This document shows, piece after piece, positions 20,083 through 28,364 of a DNA stretch of 37,887 nucleotides. A program made the position numbers and the translations under genes. The notes under the pieces are model-generated. The model was not told the origin of the DNA and searched no databases. It saw only the letters and a list, made by a program, of their open reading frames with translations. This DNA comes from a virus (taxonomy: Duplodnaviria > Heunggongvirae > Uroviricota > Caudoviricetes). Each line of letters begins with the position of its first letter. Positions within the stretch are counted from its first letter, which is position 1. Location: the IMG/VR virus record IMGVR_UViG_2875703104_000002; one strand, written 5' to 3'.

Positions 20083-20279
20083 GTCCTGCTGCTCATCATG
20101 GTTTGTGAGCAGTCAGTTTGCGGGAGGTGCGGGAAAATCTGGGGTTATGCTATTTGAGTAATGGAGAAAGAAAGTGAAAGGAAGATAAAACGGGATTCAT
20201 ACACCGTTAAATACCGGTTTAAAAATCCCGTGGCGCGTTTTAAAAAATCTGTGCGGCTGATTTTATTACCTGATTCTGT
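20083..20279 (-). promoter_or_regulatory. G-I intergenic region: expected late promoter PI and the central strong gyrase site (SGS); contains a compound hairpin
   Basis: This is the only sizeable non-coding gap in the late region, and it lies near the centre of the prophage. ACGGGATT (20190-20197) pairs with AATCCCGT (20224-20231), with an inner ACCG/CGGT stem. On the minus strand it is followed by TTTTAT. The SGS and PI assignments are from recalled Mu literature and are not pinned to exact bases. Confidence 0.5.
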
Positions 20280-20750
20280 TTATTGCCTCAGAGCGGCGCT
20301 GACGCGTTTTCTGATGGCATCAAAAATTTCCTGTTCCCCGGTCTTATCCAGCCCCATATAAGGACGCGCAGGAACGCCTGCCGGGCGGGGTGCCATATCG
20401 GGTGTACCGCCCCACTGATGAATGGCAGCATAAATTTTTGGCGAACCAATCAGGGCATAATCCTGTCCATAATCGGTGGTAATGCTGCGTGCCAGATCGC
20501 CATGCAGGGTAAGGATACTGCCCGGAACAAAACCATGATCCTGACGCCATGCCAGCCACGAATCGCTCCACGCTTCCCAGCCTTTCCCTGTATCCGGGTC
20601 TGCCTGCCGTTCAAATGCCTGTTCCGTGGATGACAGCAGCGCCGCAGCTATCACACGGGGAATGACGCGGTCACGTGTGGCGGTTCCCAGTTCATCCAGC
20701 GCAAGCTGAATACGTCGCACATCCACGGCAACGTTCATATCAAGACTCAC
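20280..20750 (-). CDS. G: Virion morphogenesis protein gp31
   Basis: 156 aa. Position matches Mu G. Confidence 0.85.
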   Translation of the reverse strand: MSLDMNVAVDVRRIQLALDELGTATRDRVIPRVIAAALLSSTEQAFERQADPDTGKGWEAWSDSWLAWRQDHGFVPGSILTLHGDLARSITTDYGQDYALIGSPKIYAAIHQWGGTPDMAPRPAGVPARPYMGLDKTGEQEIFDAIRKRVSAALRQ

Positions 20751-22066
20751 TTATTCACCTCCACATGCCCCTCCAGTATGTCAATCATCCCGTCAGCAAT
20801 CGCGGCTTCAAGCGACTGTGCAGATACGCGGCTGATACTGACCAGCACATCCGCCCGGTCATTCTGTTTGCTGACAGCCTGCGATGTTCTGACCACAACT
20901 TTTGCAGTGCCGTCGCGGGTTGCCACAACATACAGCAACTGGTGGTTCTCCCTGTCCCACAATACCGCCTGTGGTTTTGCCATCAGTGACGGCAGACGCT
21001 GTAAATCCTCCGGTTTCAGGGCGGCATCAGCAGTGGTCGCCAGACTTTTTCCGTTCATCACAAGCAGACGGGCTGGCATATTCCCGGTGCACTGATATAC
21101 GGCCTCCGCCACGGCTTCCGTCATAAACCCCAGCGCACGGACCTCATGTCCGGCCCGGCGTGATTTCGCCAGACGTTTAAGCCAGAGGGAAAAAGCAAGC
21201 TGACGCTCCCGGCTGTTATTCAGCGTCTGAACAACCTGCTCACGCAGCTGCGCGTCACGAACTTCCACCAGTTTTCGAATCAGTGCCTGATCCGTACCAA
21301 ATGCCGCCGAACCGGGGTTATATGACCAGCCCACATCCGGCGTCATTTTTACCCGACCGTTGTCAAACGTGGTTGACGATGTGCGGAAAATCTCTCCAGT
21401 GCTTTCATCCGTACCGGCATCCACTTCGCGGGTATTCATGAATGACGCACCATAACTGACCTGTAGCCCCAGTTCTTTCATGCGGGCCGCAGACAGCGCC
21501 CGGACGCGACAGCGGCAGTTCCAGCCATTGGGCGGGTAATGCGTTTGCCAGAAAATGTCGTCATACCGGAAAACCATATTATGCAGCCGCGCATGTTCCG
21601 GGCGTGTTCTGCCATCCATAACGGCAACGTACTGCCAGTACGGGTACAAATCGGCGGTATTCATCATCTGCGCATAACGTCCCGCCCCGTACGCCGTACG
21701 GGTATTGACGTTATAAATGGTTGCCAGACGACGCGGACTGCCCAGCTCGATTACCTTTGCGTTTCCGTCTGCATCCACGATGATTTGTTTTCCCCACCAT
21801 CCGAGTTTTTGCAGCCGTGGGGCCAGTGTGCGGGTAAATTCCTCACGGGTGATGCCTTCACTGACAGCCCGCTCCACTTCCTCACGGATAGTGGTCAGTA
21901 CATCCATCCGGGTGGCTTTGGCAACGGTAAAGGCGCGGGCGTGCGCGTCTGCCAGTTGTTCGTACCAGTTCCAGGTGATGTTGTAGCCTTTGGCGCGGAA
22001 ATACGCGACAGCCTCCTTTGGCGGGAGGCGTGCGGCATACGCCAGATCAATGGTCTGCTGCGGCAT
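20747..22066 (-). CDS. F: Head morphogenesis protein gp30 (SPP1 gp7-like)
   Basis: The track ORF starts at 22102. I prefer the ATG at 22066 (MPQQTIDLAYA...), which is preceded by GGGGG and overlaps the portal 3' end. Confidence 0.85.
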   Translation of the reverse strand: MPQQTIDLAYAARLPPKEAVAYFRAKGYNITWNWYEQLADAHARAFTVAKATRMDVLTTIREEVERAVSEGITREEFTRTLAPRLQKLGWWGKQIIVDADGNAKVIELGSPRRLATIYNVNTRTAYGAGRYAQMMNTADLYPYWQYVAVMDGRTRPEHARLHNMVFRYDDIFWQTHYPPNGWNCRCRVRALSAARMKELGLQVSYGASFMNTREVDAGTDESTGEIFRTSSTTFDNGRVKMTPDVGWSYNPGSAAFGTDQALIRKLVEVRDAQLREQVVQTLNNSRERQLAFSLWLKRLAKSRRAGHEVRALGFMTEAVAEAVYQCTGNMPARLLVMNGKSLATTADAALKPEDLQRLPSLMAKPQAVLWDRENHQLLYVVATRDGTAKVVVRTSQAVSKQNDRADVLVSISRVSAQSLEAAIADGMIDILEGHVEVNK

Positions 22067-23585
22067 CCAGACGCCCCCATATATCGGCAACAAAAATGGC
22101 ACGGGTCAGCATGTCGATAAGTTCTGCATCATCCATCTGCGGATATAATGAAGCGGCTTTGTTCATGGCGGCTTCCGGGCCATCTTTCAGCACAGAAAAA
22201 ATGACGGGTTTCAGCAGGGGATCAACCGAACGCTGCCAGTCTTCCGGTGAGACGCCCATCCGGTCGATATCATCCTCCTGCGGGATATCTTCAGCGGATA
22301 ATGCAGCCTCTTTCTGCGGACCGTTATCCATGACGACCGGTTGAGCAGTAAACACGGCTTCATCACCGACCGGCTGCGGAATATGGAGTTTTTCCTGTAT
22401 CCAGGAGACGGGAATACGCATTCCCGCCGCCAGTTTCGGAATGGCGTCAGACAGTGCCGTAATATCACCCGCTTCGCTGGTATCAAATACAATGCCCGGC
22501 AGGCGGTTAATATCAATGGTGCTGTCACTGTTCAGTGCCAGCAGGGGATAAATCAGGTCACGGTTAATACTGCGGGCAAGCTGGCCCACATCCGCGTTAC
22601 GGATTTCCCGGCGAACCTCATCATGCACTTCACCCAGCGACCGTGCACCTTTATCGCCAGCCTCTGTGGTCAGGGTGCCGCCCAGAATGGCTTTTGAAAT
22701 CGCTTTTTCTGCCCAGCCAATCATCGCCATAAAGGGGTCTGACTGACCATCTGCAGCGCTCTGAAAATCCAGCGTCATCCCCATCGGAATAATGCCACCG
22801 GCACGTCGCCCGATATCCATCACAGCCTGCATCAGCGTGGCTTTCTCACGGTTCGTGGAGCCGGTCGGATATTTACCGACGCGCATGGGAAGTCCGTAAA
22901 TTTCCAGGAACTCTGCAAAATCACGCACGGAATAGTTTTTAAAAATAAAAGGCCAGATAAGCGTGCGCACAAGGCCATTGGTGCCGACATATCCGGTGCG
23001 GGATTTGGCCCGGTGCATAAACCAGCCGAACGGTTGCAGCTCCAGCCCGTGATAAGACGCATCACGCAGGCGTAATTCGTTCAGATTGTCGGGGTTCGCG
23101 CAGAACAGCGCCGGATCGCGATGATGCAGCGCCACCGGCACGCGCATTTTCCCCAGCCACCCCCATTCAATCTCCTGCATGGAATAGCCCTTGAGAATGG
23201 CATCACCGGCATCAAACAGGGCATCTTCAAACCACGCCGCATCATGCAGATATTCATTCAGCATGTCGGCGTCTTTTTTCTCCTGTGCGCTGGCATCACG
23301 TGCCGGAGCGATGCGCCATTCCAGCGCCTGAATGGCAAGGCGGCGCTTGCTCAGTTCGGAAAAAAGGTGGGTGTCCTTTTCTTCCATATCAAAGGCCAGG
23401 TCAGCCTGTGCGGTCAAATCACCGCGTTCGGCATCACGCAGCATCTGCGCGGCCCGGTTCGGCGTCACACCACTGGAAGGATGCTCCTGCGTGCGCTTCA
23501 TGACCATTGCCAGCTCATCGCTGCGGGTCTGCATTTCATCGTCAAAATCAAACGGCTGCCCGGAAATATCCAGAATACGGCCCAT
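22047..23585 (-). CDS. H: Portal protein gp29
   Basis: 512 aa. Its start abuts the terminase stop. Recognised as the Mu portal. Confidence 0.9.
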   Translation of the reverse strand: MGRILDISGQPFDFDDEMQTRSDELAMVMKRTQEHPSSGVTPNRAAQMLRDAERGDLTAQADLAFDMEEKDTHLFSELSKRRLAIQALEWRIAPARDASAQEKKDADMLNEYLHDAAWFEDALFDAGDAILKGYSMQEIEWGWLGKMRVPVALHHRDPALFCANPDNLNELRLRDASYHGLELQPFGWFMHRAKSRTGYVGTNGLVRTLIWPFIFKNYSVRDFAEFLEIYGLPMRVGKYPTGSTNREKATLMQAVMDIGRRAGGIIPMGMTLDFQSAADGQSDPFMAMIGWAEKAISKAILGGTLTTEAGDKGARSLGEVHDEVRREIRNADVGQLARSINRDLIYPLLALNSDSTIDINRLPGIVFDTSEAGDITALSDAIPKLAAGMRIPVSWIQEKLHIPQPVGDEAVFTAQPVVMDNGPQKEAALSAEDIPQEDDIDRMGVSPEDWQRSVDPLLKPVIFSVLKDGPEAAMNKAASLYPQMDDAELIDMLTRAIFVADIWGRLDAAADH

Positions 23586-25306
23586 TACCAGCCCCCTCGT
23601 TCAAACTGGTGATAATCATCAAAATCATCGTTATCAACATCATCACCACGGTGGCGTGGTGGCAGCGCCTGTATGCTGTCCTCGTCGATAACAAAACCAT
23701 TCATATAAGACGCCCTGACAGCCATACAGAGCGCCACGGCAAAGTCGCCATGTCGTCGGCCTTTACCGCCTTCATCTTTTGTGCGCCCCTTATCAATCTG
23801 CGGAATACCTTTGTCCACCTTGATGTGGAGCAGGTCATCAAGTGTGGTCTGGTGCCGGGCAATCGTGATGTTCTGCGCTTCAAACTCGCCTTTCAGTTTC
23901 GGCATCCACTCCTGATACCAGGATGCGGTCAGATTCACACAGTCGATCATCTCCGGGCCATAAATCAGACGGGCGGCTTCTGCCAGATAACCGCCGTTAC
24001 CGGTGGCATCAAATGCAGCGCCGGTAAAACGGGGCAAACGGGACAGAATGAATAAAAGGATTTGTCGCTGCTGGTCATAGGTCACATTACGCAGCTCCAC
24101 GCGGAAACATTCGCGTTTGCGTAAGTCAGGAGTGATGGCAAGCGGAACAAACACCGTAAGGTCACCACGGCGTGCAAAGTCTTCGCCCAGTACGTGTTTA
24201 TTGAGCGGCGACAGCGCATCGAGCAACGGGAGCAGCTCCTGTTCACACCAGTCCTGAACGATGCCGTGGCGCATTTGTGGTGTCAGCGATTCAAAATCGT
24301 CCGGGGCTTCAAAACGCAGAATCGGGATATCCCGCGCTGGCGTCATGGCGGCTTCAATCAGCACGCGTGACAGATAAGCGCCCCCGGATTTTTTAGGAAT
24401 GCAGCCGTATTCCTCGTCGGCACTCTCTTTATTCGGCGCATTCCGGTACAGGCCATCACGCCAGGCTTTTTCCGCTTCCGGCGACCACGGCTGATTCGTG
24501 ACGTAACAGATACGTCGGTACAACCCGTCAGCGATGGCATCATCCAGCGTGATGCGGTGAACGCTGTAATCCTTGCGCCCCTCGCGCGCATCCTGAATGT
24601 ACTGGTTAAACAGGTTATCGACGCCGTTATGTGTCGATATGATCCGCACGCGGGCACCCCACATGGTGAGAGCAAAAGCCGCTTTCAGCAGTTCGTCCAG
24701 GGCTTCATGAAATGCCGCCTCATCAATCACCACGTCCCCCTGCAAACCACGCAGGTTAGACGGACGGCTTGACAGCGCCTGCACCTTAAATCCGCTGTTA
24801 GGGAAACGGATCATATAAGTGAGGATTTCTTCTTTTTTGTCGCTGTCCCAGAAGGTCTGCTCCCATACGTCAGCCTTTGCCAGTTGGTTAAAGGCGCGGG
24901 CAAACAGGGCACAGGCGGCAATGTATTCCAGCGCCATTTCCTGACGGGAACCCACATAAAAAACGTTGCGACCGCCACGGCGACGCGGCTTTGCTGCCGT
25001 CATGACATTGCGGCCCGCTTCGGCCCATGTCAGACCGGTACGACGGGATTTTTCAGCAATACAAATCTGGCTTTCATCCTCAAACCAGCGGCGCTGATAG
25101 CCCAGAAAAACCGGTTCATTAGATGGCTGGGCGTTAGTGATGTCTGTAACGATCTCGACACCAAGTTTGGTTGCTTCTTCCTGAAGATCAATCTGACGGG
25201 GTTCACTTGACGGAATCAGTTTTTTGCCCCGGCTATTTTTTTCATACCCCATTATTTTTTCAGCCATAATACTTCGGTTTTCTTTAAATACCTGAGGGAA
25301 CGTCAT
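23585..25306 (-). CDS. Terminase large subunit gp28
   Basis: 573-aa ORF. The Walker-like/nuclease organisation and the position upstream of the portal fit TerL. The start is ambiguous (ATG at 25306 or at 25267, MAEKIMGYEK...), and neither has a strong SD. Confidence 0.88.
   Translation of the reverse strand: MTFPQVFKENRSIMAEKIMGYEKNSRGKKLIPSSEPRQIDLQEEATKLGVEIVTDITNAQPSNEPVFLGYQRRWFEDESQICIAEKSRRTGLTWAEAGRNVMTAAKPRRRGGRNVFYVGSRQEMALEYIAACALFARAFNQLAKADVWEQTFWDSDKKEEILTYMIRFPNSGFKVQALSSRPSNLRGLQGDVVIDEAAFHEALDELLKAAFALTMWGARVRIISTHNGVDNLFNQYIQDAREGRKDYSVHRITLDDAIADGLYRRICYVTNQPWSPEAEKAWRDGLYRNAPNKESADEEYGCIPKKSGGAYLSRVLIEAAMTPARDIPILRFEAPDDFESLTPQMRHGIVQDWCEQELLPLLDALSPLNKHVLGEDFARRGDLTVFVPLAITPDLRKRECFRVELRNVTYDQQRQILLFILSRLPRFTGAAFDATGNGGYLAEAARLIYGPEMIDCVNLTASWYQEWMPKLKGEFEAQNITIARHQTTLDDLLHIKVDKGIPQIDKGRTKDEGGKGRRHGDFAVALCMAVRASYMNGFVIDEDSIQALPPRHRGDDVDNDDFDDYHQFERGGW
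25241..25299 (+). promoter_or_regulatory. Candidate sigma70 promoter and SD for the opposite-strand orphan ORF
   Basis: TTCATA (25241-25246), an 18-nt spacer, then CATAAT (25265-25270). GAGGGA (25294-25299) lies 5 nt before the ATG at 25305. These signals sit inside the 5' end of the terminase ORF. Confidence 0.4.
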
Positions 25307-25793
25307 GTCACCAAAAGCAATAAAACTACTTGAAATATTTTGTGAAACAGAATTAAAGCAATCTATGGATACTGTTCAATTTGTCTCAATAAACGGATGG
25401 GAAACACTTCAGCGCCTTTGGCCCCTGAATGAACGATTCACACCACGCATAGAGCAAATCAGAACGATTAGCTACAGAAAGCAATTTGAAAAAGCCGCAG
25501 ATAACGCCATTGAGGATTTTCTGATGAAGGATGATGACTGGTCAGAAATTCCATTAGTTGTCTGGCGTGTTCTTCTGGAACGCCATAATCAAGCAACGAT
25601 TCTCTGCGTAACTAATGCACTCGCCAATAACACCGAACTTATGCACATCCCTGTCGGACTTTCTCAGTCGGCACAAACAAAATTTGCAGTAGCTTATTTG
25701 TATTACGCAATGAAGCTCCCATATAAAGTGCTCGGTGAATCACAGCTTGACATTGAATCACCGTTTGAGTATCTGAACACCCGGCTACAGTAA
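25305..25793 (+). CDS. Orphan 162-aa hypothetical protein on the opposite strand (moron between the terminase genes)
   Basis: A 489-nt ORF fills an AT-rich insert. Its first 60 nt are 27% GC, against 57% for 25861-25920. It has an SD and a downstream hairpin with a T-run. I see no TM segment and recognise no motif. Confidence 0.65.
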   Translation: MSPKAIKLLEIFCETELKQSMDTVQFVSINGWETLQRLWPLNERFTPRIEQIRTISYRKQFEKAADNAIEDFLMKDDDWSEIPLVVWRVLLERHNQATILCVTNALANNTELMHIPVGLSQSAQTKFAVAYLYYAMKLPYKVLGESQLDIESPFEYLNTRLQ

Positions 25794-25806
25794 AAGCCTT
25801 TCGATG

Positions 25807-25839
25807 GGCGCTGATTAGCAGCGCCTTGTAATCATTTTT
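25807..25839 (+). terminator. Orientation-specific terminator after the orphan ORF
   Basis: GGCGCTG-ATTAG-CAGCGCC is followed by TTGTAATCATTTTT on the plus strand. No T-run follows it on the minus (late-operon) strand. Confidence 0.5.
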
Positions 25840-25852
25840 CATAACGTAACTC

Positions 25853-26443
25853 CTACGCTTTACCCAGCAACACATCACGGATACGCTGCTCCAGTTCTTC
25901 GCTGATACCATCCTGCCCGCGCAGTTCTTCACTGACGGCGTTTGCCGCTTCTTCTGCGAATGCCTGGCGGATTTCTTTCTCGCGCCGGTGGCTGGACATT
26001 GCCGTGGATTCCAGACGCTGTGCCGCCAGCATGGCATTTTTCAGCAGGTCAATATCCACGTCAGATTCCGGGTTTTCGATTTGCCGCATCATGGCCTTAA
26101 AAAGCTGGCTGCGGGCCATTTCCAGAATCAGCTTTGTGGTTTCTCCCATTGGCTTGTCGCCAAGTTCTGCGGTCAGTGCTGACGTCATTTCACGCATCTG
26201 TCGCAGGTTATGGCCTACCTGTTCGACGTTCGTCGCGTAACGGTTCAGACCGGAACGGGAGAGTTTCATCTCATCCGGCAGGCCAGCGTCTTCAATCAGT
26301 GCGTTAATTTCTTCCAGAATGCGGGCCTGTGGGATCGCTTTATCACGCAGCATTTCATGCAGCGTTTTACGTACGTTTTCTGGCAGTAAATCCACTTTTG
26401 AAGCCCGGCCCCGTGTTTTCCTGTCCATCACGCCTCCTGTCAT
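25853..26443 (-). CDS. Terminase small subunit-like protein gp27
   Basis: 196 aa with a basic N-terminus (DRKTRGRASKVDLLPENVRK). Position matches Mu gp27. Confidence 0.8.
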   Translation of the reverse strand: MTGGVMDRKTRGRASKVDLLPENVRKTLHEMLRDKAIPQARILEEINALIEDAGLPDEMKLSRSGLNRYATNVEQVGHNLRQMREMTSALTAELGDKPMGETTKLILEMARSQLFKAMMRQIENPESDVDIDLLKNAMLAAQRLESTAMSSHRREKEIRQAFAEEAANAVSEELRGQDGISEELEQRIRDVLLGKA

Positions 26444-26730
26444 GCACGGGGACGAGGACGCTTGACACCGGTAACGCGGGCACGACCTTCTGCCACATCC
26501 TGACCACGGGAGGTCAGCGTTACGACATAAAAGCCGCGCAGGTTTTCCACGGTGACCAGTTGCTGCTCTGCCAGCCAGTCAATCTGGCCGCGAACCACAT
26601 CGCGGGAAACGTTGTGTCCGTATGCATCCAGACAGTCCTGAAGGATGGACTCGTTTGCTTCGTTATTGCAGTCCATCAGGGAACGCAGGATGACCAGACG
26701 ACGGTCTTCGGTCAGAATATCGTTAATCAT
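26440..26730 (-). CDS. gp26-like protein
   Basis: 96 aa, with start and stop overlapping its neighbours. Position matches Mu gp26. Confidence 0.7.
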   Translation of the reverse strand: MINDILTEDRRLVILRSLMDCNNEANESILQDCLDAYGHNVSRDVVRGQIDWLAEQQLVTVENLRGFYVVTLTSRGQDVAEGRARVTGVKRPRPRA

Positions 26731-27044
26731 GAATTACTCCGGTTTACTGCGTTTTCAAGCAGCAGCTCCAGTTGATGGGAAAATGACTGCACCCGCTGGG
26801 ACAGCACCCGGATATCGCCGGACAGCTCTGCAATTCGCAGGCGCATTTCGTGTACATCTTCTGTGCCAGGGATGCTGGCGTAGCGGGTTTCCATTTCGGT
26901 CATCCGGTTTTCAAGACGCTCCACACGCTCAGTGCTGGCAAAACTACGACGCATTGCCCAGACGGCCCCACCGGCCACAACAGGCAACAGGTAAGGCCAT
27001 AACGCTAAAACTGAAATCAAATCCATTATTCTGCTCCACGGCAC
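26727..27044 (-). CDS. gp25-like membrane-anchored coiled-coil protein (lysis accessory; reported for Mu as a 'releasin', from memory)
   Basis: 105 aa with one N-terminal TM (LISVLALWPYLLPVVAGGAVWAM) followed by a heptad-like helical region. Confidence 0.7.
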   Translation of the reverse strand: MPWSRIMDLISVLALWPYLLPVVAGGAVWAMRRSFASTERVERLENRMTEMETRYASIPGTEDVHEMRLRIAELSGDIRVLSQRVQSFSHQLELLLENAVNRSNS

Positions 27045-27220
27045 CAGTGGCAGTAGTTCGCCATCGGCTGCTGTCTCAGCACATCAGGCCGCAGCTCACG
27101 ACCGCAACTGGCACACAATACAGGCAGGTCATACGCCGCCGGGCGGGGAATATCACGGGTATCCCCCTGCCAGAGTTCAGCGAGCAGCAGCGCCACCGCC
27201 CGGTTCTGGTCTTCGTTCAT
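27026..27220 (-). CDS. TraR/DksA-type C4 zinc-finger protein gp24
   Basis: 64 aa with CASCGRE...(17 residues)...CHWC. Confidence 0.7.
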   Translation of the reverse strand: MNEDQNRAVALLLAELWQGDTRDIPRPAAYDLPVLCASCGRELRPDVLRQQPMANYCHWCRGAE

Positions 27221-27518
27221 AAATTTCTTTCCTTCGGGTCTCCTGTTCCCGGACTGATGCCTTGTCGCGGTTGCACTGCCCGAGCGCCATCAACAGGTCA
27301 GCATTCCAGAGAAGGGATGCTCCCCACGTCAGGGGCTGTGGCATGGGCGGAACGGGCGTTGCTTCCGTCAGTTCTGCATCAGTTTCGGGCAGGATCACCA
27401 CCGATGGCACGGGTGCGTTTTTCGAGTTCCCGCAACCTGTCAGCAGCAACGGCAGGCACAGGACGAGTGCTGCAATTGTCACCGGTAATGGCGGTTGTAA
27501 TTTTTTCTTTTGCATCAT
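27177..27518 (-). CDS. Outer-membrane spanin lipoprotein (o-spanin, gp23.1-like), overlapped architecture
   Basis: It begins MMQKKKLQPPLPVTIAALVLCLPLLLTGC, with a lipobox LTGC and a Pro-rich mature part. It starts inside gp23 in the +1 frame. The 3' extent is uncertain because it overlaps the gp24 start by 44 nt. Confidence 0.55.
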   Translation of the reverse strand: MMQKKKLQPPLPVTIAALVLCLPLLLTGCGNSKNAPVPSVVILPETDAELTEATPVPPMPQPLTWGASLLWNADLLMALGQCNRDKASVREQETRRKEIYERRPEPGGGAAAR

Positions 27519-27765
27519 GATGTTCTGTCTCATCTGCCAGCCGTGCGGCACGATTTGCGGCACGGATAGCGGAAAATACCTGCATCGTCTGTTCCTGACC
27601 GTGTAACAACCATTCAGCCGTGTTGCGGGCCTGTTGCGCCGTCTGTAATTCACGGCGCAGCGTCTGGTTATCGTGGCGGGTGCTGTCCAGCCTGTGCCAC
27701 AACACCCCGGACAGAACGGCGGCAAACACGGCTGCCAGCAGTAAACTTTTACTGGCGAAGGTCAT
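27379..27765 (-). CDS. Inner-membrane spanin (i-spanin, Rz-like) gp23
   Basis: 128 aa with an N-terminal TM followed by a charged coiled-coil. It lies directly after the endolysin. Confidence 0.8.
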   Translation of the reverse strand: MTFASKSLLLAAVFAAVLSGVLWHRLDSTRHDNQTLRRELQTAQQARNTAEWLLHGQEQTMQVFSAIRAANRAARLADETEHHDAKEKITTAITGDNCSTRPVPAVAADRLRELEKRTRAIGGDPARN

Positions 27766-28267
27766 CCGCCCCCCTGATATTCCAGATAGCCATTTCCACT
27801 TCGCGACGGTTCATCAGTCCTTTCCATTTATGGCCTGCGGCAAACACCCAGCGGGCCATCTGGTCACGCGCTCCGGCATAATCACCGGCATTGAGTTTTT
27901 TCAGCAGCGTTGATTTACTGAATGCGGTAACACCGGTGTTGAAAATAAACGTTGCCAGCGCTGTTTTCTGATATGGCGTCAGCGGCACCCTGACAAGACG
28001 ATCGATTGCCGCATAAACCGGTTTTAAATCACTGTCGAGGAGAGCCATACACTCCGCATGGCTGTAACGGCGCATTTCGATATCCGGCCCGGTATGTCCC
28101 ACACAGACCGTAAGCACACCGGCAATATCGCGGTAAGGCATATAAGCGATATTTTCCAGATGGATCAGAGACTGACGGGTCATTTCCTGATAACCACCCA
28201 CACCGCCACCGGCAATCGTTGCCGCCAGCAGTGCGGCTTTCAGTTTTTTTGGTATCCCCGCCATCAT
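27749..28267 (-). CDS. lys: SAR endolysin (GH24 lysozyme) gp22
   Basis: 172 aa. A weakly hydrophobic Gly/Ala-rich N-terminal signal-anchor (LKAALLAATIAGGGVGG) is followed by an E...D...T lysozyme-type core. Confidence 0.9.
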   Translation of the reverse strand: MMAGIPKKLKAALLAATIAGGGVGGYQEMTRQSLIHLENIAYMPYRDIAGVLTVCVGHTGPDIEMRRYSHAECMALLDSDLKPVYAAIDRLVRVPLTPYQKTALATFIFNTGVTAFSKSTLLKKLNAGDYAGARDQMARWVFAAGHKWKGLMNRREVEMAIWNIRGADDLRQ

Positions 28268-28337
28268 GCTTCCCTGAAAAAATGCTCTGATGGCAGTCTA
28301 AAAAATCAGATGGCAGGTGCGGGATTATGGTGACAGG
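28268..28337 (-). promoter_or_regulatory. Candidate C-dependent late promoter Plys
   Basis: The minus strand reads GATTTTTTAGACT (-10 at plus-strand 28296-28301), closely resembling the Pmom GTTTTTTAAGAT. It lies about 30 nt upstream of the lys ATG. Confidence 0.55.
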
Positions 28338-28364
28338 AAATAACCGGCAGGATGCCGGTTATTT
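28338..28364 (-). terminator. Hairpin overlapping the C stop codon (end of the middle operon)
   Basis: AAATAACCGGCA-TCC-TGCCGGTTATTT. Confidence 0.55.

Noticed and set aside
25639-25842. 67-aa minus-strand ORF (MKNDYKALLISAHRK...) with a good AGGAG SD right after the gp27 stop, antisense to the 3' third of the 162-aa orphan ORF
   Set aside because: It is not my primary call. It covers only a third of the AT-rich insert, whereas the plus-strand ORF spans nearly all of it, which is unlikely by chance in AT-rich DNA. I cannot exclude it without conservation or expression data, and both could be real.
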